Of a DNA stretch of 64,000 nt, positions 58,119 through 64,000 are shown in pieces. Position 1 is the stretch's first letter. Each line of letters starts with the position of its first letter. Source of the DNA: an uncultured Gammaproteobacteria bacterium (GTDB lineage Bacteria; Patescibacteriota; Microgenomatia; Daviesbacterales; UBA10151); assembly GCA_964393545.1 (NCBI GenBank), contig CAYMUB010000058.1:12297-76296 (forward strand), read 5' to 3'. The notes under the pieces were generated by a model. That model had not been told where the DNA came from. It ran no database searches and saw nothing but the letters and a program-made list of their open reading frames with translations. A program made the position numbers and the translations under genes.

Positions 58119-59395
58119 AATTAAGTTATCCTAAAAATCATTTTGTAAAAACAGGACATATTTCAAATTGTCAGGTATGTAATTCTCAAAAACTACATAC
58201 AATTTTGGACCTAGGTCATCAACCTCTTTGTGATAGCTTGCTCACCAAAGATATGTTAAATCAACCTGAAAAAACTTACCCCTTAAGGATGGTTTGGTGT
58301 GAAAATTGTACTCTAGTACAAATAGATTATTGTGTCTCAGGTGAAGAAGTCTATCATCCAGATTATCCTTACAGAAGCGGGATAACAAAAGAGCTGGCAA
58401 CCTATCAAGAAAGTATCGCTTCCTCTTTGGTAAAAAAATACAATTTAACCCCTAAAGATCTTGTTATAGATGTTGGATCAAATGATGGTACTTTATTAAA
58501 AGGTTTTCAAAAAGAGAATATTAAAGTATTAGGGGTTGAACCAACCAATATAGCAAAAATTGCTATCGCCAGTGGTGTAGAAACAGTCCAAGCTTTTTTT
58601 GATATTAAAACTTCAGAAAATATAAAGAAAAAATACGGGAAAGCTGCCTTGATTATAACTACCAATACTTTTGCTCATATGCAAACCTTGGGTGAATTTA
58701 TAATGGGTGCATATAATTTATTAGAGGATGATGGAGTTTTTGTTAATGAAACTCATTACATACTTGATGTAATAAGAGGCGGTCAGTTTGATACTATTTA
58801 TCACGAGCATTTGCGAACCTACTCACTAAAATCACTAATCAGTTTATTTAACCAATACGATTTCACAGTCACTGATGTTGAGAGAGGCGATAGATATGGA
58901 GGAAATATTAGAGTAATTGCCACCAAAGGTAAGGGCAGACAGGTTAGTACAGAAGTTAAAAAATTATTAAAATTGGAAGAAGAATTTGGACTTGATAAAA
59001 TTGAAACATATGTAAAATTTGCTGATCGTGTAAAACAGGCTCGTTTGGAATTTATGGACTTTGTAATTAAAACAAAAAAATCCGGCAAATCCATTGTTGG
59101 AAACTCAAGTCCAGCCAGAGCATCAACTCTTTTAAATTATTATGGGGTGGACCCTGAGTTACTCCCCTATCTTGCAGAACAACCTACTTCTTTAAAACTC
59201 AATATGTTCCTACCCGGAAAACATATTCCTATTGTAAATAACCAAAGACTTATAGTTGAACAGCCTGATTTCGTAGTTATCTTAGCCTGGCATTATGCCA
59301 AACCTATTATGGAGCAATTAAAGGCTAGGGGATTAAAATCAGATTTTGTAATCCCACTTCCCGATTTTAAGATAGTTAAAAATTCAGAAGTTTAA
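58115..59395 (+). CDS. NDP-hexose C-methyltransferase (TylCIII-like). It has a zinc ribbon, a class I SAM methyltransferase domain, and the C-terminal C-methyltransferase domain.
   Basis: The N-terminal CxxC...C ribbon is NCQVCNSQK...CDS. DVGSNDGT is SAM motif I. The length (about 410-430 aa) and layout fit the Methyltransf_13/14 sugar C-methyltransferases. Confidence 0.7.
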   Translation: MKLSYPKNHFVKTGHISNCQVCNSQKLHTILDLGHQPLCDSLLTKDMLNQPEKTYPLRMVWCENCTLVQIDYCVSGEEVYHPDYPYRSGITKELATYQESIASSLVKKYNLTPKDLVIDVGSNDGTLLKGFQKENIKVLGVEPTNIAKIAIASGVETVQAFFDIKTSENIKKKYGKAALIITTNTFAHMQTLGEFIMGAYNLLEDDGVFVNETHYILDVIRGGQFDTIYHEHLRTYSLKSLISLFNQYDFTVTDVERGDRYGGNIRVIATKGKGRQVSTEVKKLLKLEEEFGLDKIETYVKFADRVKQARLEFMDFVIKTKKSGKSIVGNSSPARASTLLNYYGVDPELLPYLAEQPTSLKLNMFLPGKHIPIVNNQRLIVEQPDFVVILAWHYAKPIMEQLKARGLKSDFVIPLPDFKIVKNSEV

Positions 59396-59403
59396 AATAA
59401 AAA

Positions 59404-60084
59404 TTATTCCGCTTCCTTTTGAGCAGGATTCCGAAATCCCTCAATAGTTTGTTTTGCAGCTTCTGTTGTAACAATTCTTCCTTCACCTACCACCTGCAGA
59501 TTTGCATCAATAATATATACTAAAGCTTGTCCTTTTTGGGGGTAATAAGAATCCCGCATTTCGCCATAAGAAATAGGCAAGTCCGTATGTTTTAAACTCC
59601 AATCCCAAGCACAAAGAGGATCTCCATGACCCACAATTCCTACTGATTTATATCCACGTTTTCTAGCATCAGATAATATAAATTCCTTAGCTCTCTTTTC
59701 TCTTTCAATAAGATGATCTAAGCTTTCCTGATTTTTACTAAAAGGGTAGGCATATATATCCCCTCCTATTTTTGCCAAATCATCATATGTTTTACCTTCT
59801 GCACTATTAGGAAAAGTTTCTTTTAATTCATCAATAACATGTATATTGGCAGCAGAGATTACAGCAGCTACAGCTAACTCCTCTGCAGATTGTCTAGCTC
59901 TCAAAACTGGACTTACGTAGAGAGCATCCAAAATCTCTCCTTGCTCACCTAACCTAGCACCTAATTCCCTAAGTTGCGTCCTTCCCAGTTCAACCAAAGG
60001 AGCATCAGGACTTGAAACCAATTTTCTTCCTTGCTCATCTTTGGGATATAGCTGTTCACCATGACGTATAAGAAATATTTTCAT
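59404..60084 (-). CDS. Histidine phosphatase superfamily (phosphoglycerate-mutase-like) protein
   Basis: MKIFLIRHGEQ contains the RHG catalytic motif and HGD lies downstream. Confidence 0.7.
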   Translation of the reverse strand: MKIFLIRHGEQLYPKDEQGRKLVSSPDAPLVELGRTQLRELGARLGEQGEILDALYVSPVLRARQSAEELAVAAVISAANIHVIDELKETFPNSAEGKTYDDLAKIGGDIYAYPFSKNQESLDHLIEREKRAKEFILSDARKRGYKSVGIVGHGDPLCAWDWSLKHTDLPISYGEMRDSYYPQKGQALVYIIDANLQVVGEGRIVTTEAAKQTIEGFRNPAQKEAE

Positions 60085-60091
60085 AATAGTT

Positions 60092-61315
60092 TTATATTCT
60101 TATCTCTAAAGTCTCCATTTCTTCCCTTGTTTGAGCAAGTACAAATGCTTCCTTTTGTTGAATTATCTGTAATTGATCTTTTGTAAGGTGTTTTGATATA
60201 TCCCGCTCTACTAACTTACTTGTATAAGCAGACCAAACCATAGCGTATGCTAAATCTTTATATGCCCAAAACCTATTAGCAATAAATCCTATTTGGACTC
60301 CCCTTTCAGCTTCGGTTAATTCATTACCCTTTTTTTGCGCCAAAATATCTAACTCACGCTCCATCACAACTTGTTCGTCCTTTGCAATAGCTGCTAGTAG
60401 TTTAAGTCCTAATTTTACACCACTAGAAAGATTTCTATGATTATCAATATATTTATCAATGTTTCGAAGTCGATTTTCTCTTAGTAATAATTGATACCTT
60501 GCTGACTCGTCTTGCTTAATAACAAACTTATTTGTCTCACTATTAAACTCAAAAAAACACTTTGCGAGTTCGTCATATTTTTGTTTTGCAAGTGAATCAA
60601 TTGCTTGTAATATTTTAGGAAGATCCGGATGTTGAAATCCGTTCCGTCCATCTGTCATTATAAATCTCTTTCTACCCCGCTGATCTCTTATCTCACTAAA
60701 TACTCTGTCAAATGAAGGGAATGCGGTTTTTAGTGCAGGAACGATTTCACCAAAAAAAAGTCCTTCACCAAGTGCATATAAAGCTTCTTCCGTTCTTCCA
60801 GTTAAATCTGAGCTTTCCATAATATCTTTAGTACTAACTGATTCCAAATCCTCGGGGGTGTAGCCAGTTACATGGATATGAAGATTTCGTGGAATTGAAG
60901 CAAGAGGTGATTTCTCACCCCTTTTCAGATCTCGAGAATGATTTATTCCAAAGTCAACTTCAGAAATTCCTCCTTGATTCAAGATTTTCCGAGCGAGAGA
61001 TTCTGCAAGTTGGAGAGATTGTCCTAATGCTTCTGGGCTTAAATCAGCAATACCAGGAATATTTAAATGATCCTTTCGGTCTGGGATAACAAGCAGGTGA
61101 ATCCCATGTTCACCTGTCCAGGGACTTGCCACAGCCTTTACATAAACATCTTCTTTCTCCCCTACAATTCGTCCTAAATAATTAGCTCTGGTATCATCCA
61201 TCAGAGATAGTAATTTACCATCAACATTTTCCCGAGCGACATTTAAGACTTGGGCTACCCGAAAATCAGGATTTTTAAAGCGAGGGAGATTCCTACGAAA
61301 AATTCCTTCAGTCAT
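60092..61315 (-). CDS. Hypothetical protein with a HIT-like core (degenerate NxHxH histidine triad) and a C-terminal extension of about 200 aa
   Basis: HLLVIPDRKDH...NLHIHVTGY resembles HIT proteins (HFLVIPK...HVHLHVLGG), with the first His of the triad replaced by Asn. The start is placed at Met16 (MTEGIF), because the first 15 codons lie in an AT-rich promoter-like stretch shared with the divergent gene. Confidence 0.45.
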   Translation of the reverse strand: MTEGIFRRNLPRFKNPDFRVAQVLNVARENVDGKLLSLMDDTRANYLGRIVGEKEDVYVKAVASPWTGEHGIHLLVIPDRKDHLNIPGIADLSPEALGQSLQLAESLARKILNQGGISEVDFGINHSRDLKRGEKSPLASIPRNLHIHVTGYTPEDLESVSTKDIMESSDLTGRTEEALYALGEGLFFGEIVPALKTAFPSFDRVFSEIRDQRGRKRFIMTDGRNGFQHPDLPKILQAIDSLAKQKYDELAKCFFEFNSETNKFVIKQDESARYQLLLRENRLRNIDKYIDNHRNLSSGVKLGLKLLAAIAKDEQVVMERELDILAQKKGNELTEAERGVQIGFIANRFWAYKDLAYAMVWSAYTSKLVERDISKHLTKDQLQIIQQKEAFVLAQTREEMETLEIRI

Positions 61316-61368
61316 CTGGTAATTATAACAAACAAAAAGTAATAAAGTATAATAATACAAAGCAAAAC

Positions 61369-62340
61369 ATGTTGAGCAATTATAAAAATATTAGACCGCT
61401 TGTAATTGGATTGGGTGTTGCTGGGAAAAGACACCTTGAGGCGCAACTTAATTTAGGAATCAAAACTGGCATCTATACCACCAATCCTCAAACCATTAAA
61501 TACCTGAGAGATAACAGAAATGTAACTATTTTTAATAATCTGGAGGAAGGTTTAGATTGGTCTAATTTGGTCCATGTATGCACACCTGATGATAAGCATA
61601 CTGAGTATGTGGCTGCTGCAGTAAAAAAAAGAAAAGTTGTTCTGTGTGAAAAGGCTTTTACAACTAGTTTAAAGGATGCCATATATTTGCAAAAACTAGC
61701 TCATAAATATAAAGCGACTGTTATCGTAGGTCAGAATTACCGTCTTACTCCCTCTTTTGCAAAAACTAGAAAAATGATTAAACAAGGTGCTTTGGGAAAA
61801 ATTAATAAAGTTGAAATAACTTATCTTCATGATAAAAATGAGTACCAAAAAAGAAAAACCTTAAGGAAAAATGAAGATTTTCTGTATATCGGTGGTTCTC
61901 ATGCTGTTGATTTAGCTTGTTGGGTGATAGGGGAGCCAATAATCAATATTAAGGCTACCTCAAAAAATAATCTAAGTTATGAAATAACACTAGAATTTGC
62001 CTCCGCAATTTACACAAATATTATTCTAGATGCAAGTTCCGCTCAAACAATCAGTGGAACAGATTTAAAAGTTTATGGAGACAAAGGAAAGCTAGCAAGC
62101 CATAATAAAAAAAATGAGTTATTATTTTACACAGATAAAGACAAAAAACATAAGTCTATTAAACTACCAAATAGTCAAACCTTAACAACTCGGATTGAGG
62201 TAAGTATTATCGATGATTATCTTTCTGGAAAAATTAAGTCTTTTTGGCCACTACCTGAAGTTAATGAAGCTGCCCATATTATAAAAATCTTAGATGCAAT
62301 TCACAAGTCTACTTCGTTTAATCAGGAAATATCTTTGTAA
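61369..62340 (+). CDS. Gfo/Idh/MocA family NAD(P)-dependent oxidoreductase
   Basis: The Rossmann motif is PLVIGLGVAGKRHL. The family motif LCEKAF (EKP-like) is present, followed by the C-terminal alpha/beta domain. Confidence 0.8.
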   Translation: MLSNYKNIRPLVIGLGVAGKRHLEAQLNLGIKTGIYTTNPQTIKYLRDNRNVTIFNNLEEGLDWSNLVHVCTPDDKHTEYVAAAVKKRKVVLCEKAFTTSLKDAIYLQKLAHKYKATVIVGQNYRLTPSFAKTRKMIKQGALGKINKVEITYLHDKNEYQKRKTLRKNEDFLYIGGSHAVDLACWVIGEPIINIKATSKNNLSYEITLEFASAIYTNIILDASSAQTISGTDLKVYGDKGKLASHNKKNELLFYTDKDKKHKSIKLPNSQTLTTRIEVSIIDDYLSGKIKSFWPLPEVNEAAHIIKILDAIHKSTSFNQEISL

Positions 62341-63983
62341 GCAATTAAAAATAAGGATGGCTGATGTATAAACCTAAGAAGGGGTGTAGCAAGATAAGAT
62401 ACAAGAAAAAGTAATGGATGTAAAGAGTTAGGAGTAATATCCTTTAGAGCCCCTGGTTTATAGATAAACCGTAATCCTGATCCCTGAATATGATATCCCC
62501 GCACAGTAAAATCATTAGCGGACCATCCTGAAAGATGATTATCATATTTCCCCGGTATCCGATGATTAAATTGGAAAAAACCATTAATAGTAGCAACAAT
62601 TATTCTTTTTTTGGCCAGCTTTTCTATTTTTTGAATTAACTCTAAAGCATTATTTTTTTCAAGGTGTTCAACTACCTGAGAACACAAAACTATATCAAAT
62701 TTTTTCTTTAGTGGCATTTTTTTGGTCAAATCTTCCATAAGTAAACTCTCAAAAATAGGTTTATTATGTCTTGTGATTCTCTTTCTTGCAATTTCCAGAT
62801 CTTGCTTATTTATATCAACTCCTACAATCTTATATTCCCCGAAATAATTGATCCACTGTGCAAGGTGACCATCTCCACAACCAACGTCTAAAACAGTTGA
62901 ATTCTTAGGCATAAATTTTTTTATTTCAGCAGGATATGTCCAAGGAAGACTATATTGAATTTTGTCTATTATCACTGCTTTAATTTTCCCTCCTATATCC
63001 GCTTTAGCAAATAATTTCAGAATATCATTATCTCGTTTTCCAGTTATATCTTTCCGAATATTACTTCTTTCTTTCAAAAGTTGGGGTAGATGTGTCACAA
63101 CATAGAAGATTGCCTGCAAACGAGTTAAGGATAGTGCAAGGTTTTTATTAGTAAACATTTCCCAAATAAAACTTCCCAAATAAATAAAAATAGTGACGGG
63201 TATTGATTTGATAAGTAATAATGGTGGATAGTTTCTTATCATTGCTGAAAGCCTGTTTTTATTAAAGTGCCACCTGACTTTTATCCTAACCATTTCCGAA
63301 AGATCAGTAGCACCACGCTTGTGGTAACAAATTGCTGCAGGGATCCTCATTATTACAAAACCTTTTTGACGTATCCTTAATCCTAAGTCCATATCTTCAT
63401 AACCAATGCCATATTCAGGTGCATAAAGACCAACCTCTTTTAGGGCTGCTCTTTTTATAATTCCTGCTGAGCCGCTGGCAGAAAGGATTTCTTCATCTCG
63501 ATCAAATTGCTGTTCGTCTAAAGTTTTATAACCAATGGTTACCGGATTACCAAATATATCCATTGTTTCACCAGCACTATCTATTACTTCGTGATCAAAA
63601 TACCATAGAAGTTTGCCCTGAGCTAAAGCTAACTTAGGATATTTATCAAAAGCTTCAACCAATCGATGAAAATATCTCCTCTCGAGAGCTATATCATTAT
63701 TAAAATATGCAACATACTCCCCTTTTGATGCCTTTAGCCCTAAATTTAAACCCTGGCTGTACATATTTATTGGATTTTTAATAATTTTAAATCTGGGATT
63801 TTTTCCAAGGATTCTTGTTGCAATATTTATACTATTATCTGAAGACGCATTATCCACCAAAATTAGCTCATAATTTGGGTAGTCAATTTTTGTAAAACTG
63901 GTTAAACAATCCTGCAAAATATTAAGCTTTGCCCCATTGTAATTTGAAATAATAATTGAAATTAAAGGGTGTTTAGTTTTCAT
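62322..63983 (-). CDS. Bifunctional GT2 glycosyltransferase fused to a class I SAM methyltransferase
   Basis: The N-terminus ISIIISNYNGAKLN...VDNASSDNS...FNNDIAL is GT2. The C-terminus VLDVGCGDGHLAQW...LCSQVVEHLE is a methyltransferase domain. Confidence 0.75.
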   Translation of the reverse strand: MKTKHPLISIIISNYNGAKLNILQDCLTSFTKIDYPNYELILVDNASSDNSINIATRILGKNPRFKIIKNPINMYSQGLNLGLKASKGEYVAYFNNDIALERRYFHRLVEAFDKYPKLALAQGKLLWYFDHEVIDSAGETMDIFGNPVTIGYKTLDEQQFDRDEEILSASGSAGIIKRAALKEVGLYAPEYGIGYEDMDLGLRIRQKGFVIMRIPAAICYHKRGATDLSEMVRIKVRWHFNKNRLSAMIRNYPPLLLIKSIPVTIFIYLGSFIWEMFTNKNLALSLTRLQAIFYVVTHLPQLLKERSNIRKDITGKRDNDILKLFAKADIGGKIKAVIIDKIQYSLPWTYPAEIKKFMPKNSTVLDVGCGDGHLAQWINYFGEYKIVGVDINKQDLEIARKRITRHNKPIFESLLMEDLTKKMPLKKKFDIVLCSQVVEHLEKNNALELIQKIEKLAKKRIIVATINGFFQFNHRIPGKYDNHLSGWSANDFTVRGYHIQGSGLRFIYKPGALKDITPNSLHPLLFLVSYLATPLLRFIHQPSLFLIAYKDIS

Positions 63984-64000
63984 AATTTATTAGCTTGCAA

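Noticed and set aside
1-64000. Search for tRNA/rRNA genes, CRISPR repeats and transposase/integrase genes
   Set aside because: Intergenic gaps are all under 170 bp. No GTTC-TPsiC-like arms or repeat-spacer periodicity were seen. No transposase or integrase-like ORF was found, and the brnTA insertion has no visible inverted repeats or integrase.

Overview
This is an AT-rich, gene-dense bacterial segment with short, often 4-nt overlapping gene junctions. Its features resemble a small-genome Patescibacteria/CPR-like organism, though that placement is inference only. It has three parts.

(1) Positions 1-15.1 kb hold a minus-strand division/cell-wall (dcw) cluster. In transcription order it reads mraZ-rsmH-ftsL-ftsI-[brnT/brnA on the opposite strand]-murE-murB(short)-murA-murF-mraY-ftsW-murG-ftsQ-ftsA-ftsZ, followed by the 5' end of ileS. 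murD, murC and ddl are absent.

(2) Positions 15.1-20.9 kb hold a small mixed block: a candidate divergent radical-SAM-like protein divergent from mraZ, a secreted/anchored hypothetical protein, glyQS, recO, a vapBC pair and a higher-GC orphan gene.

(3) Positions 20.9-64 kb hold a polysaccharide/glycoconjugate island of about 43 kb. It includes a DUF4012-like protein, an initiating phosphoglycosyl transferase, many GT4 and GT2 glycosyltransferases, a DPM1-like polyprenyl-phosphate sugar synthase, Wzx and a Wzy-like protein. It also carries seven large polytopic membrane proteins with candidate GT-C architecture, two of them very large (894 and 1179 aa). Finally it has a nucleotide-sugar module (rfbF, a 4,6-dehydratase-like SDR, an E1/ColD-type 3-dehydratase with Lys->His, an Fcl-like reductase, a TylCIII-like C-methyltransferase, ugd) and a HIT-like/histidine-phosphatase pair.

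No rRNA, tRNA, CRISPR array or obvious transposase was seen. The most notable observations are: the glycosylation island built around GT-C-like enzymes; the predicted CDP-linked C-methylated 3,6-dideoxyhexose pathway; a higher-GC brnTA cassette inserted inside the dcw operon; a MurA with Cys115->Asp; a MurB reduced to about 194 aa; and a candidate divergent radical-SAM-like protein beside mraZ.
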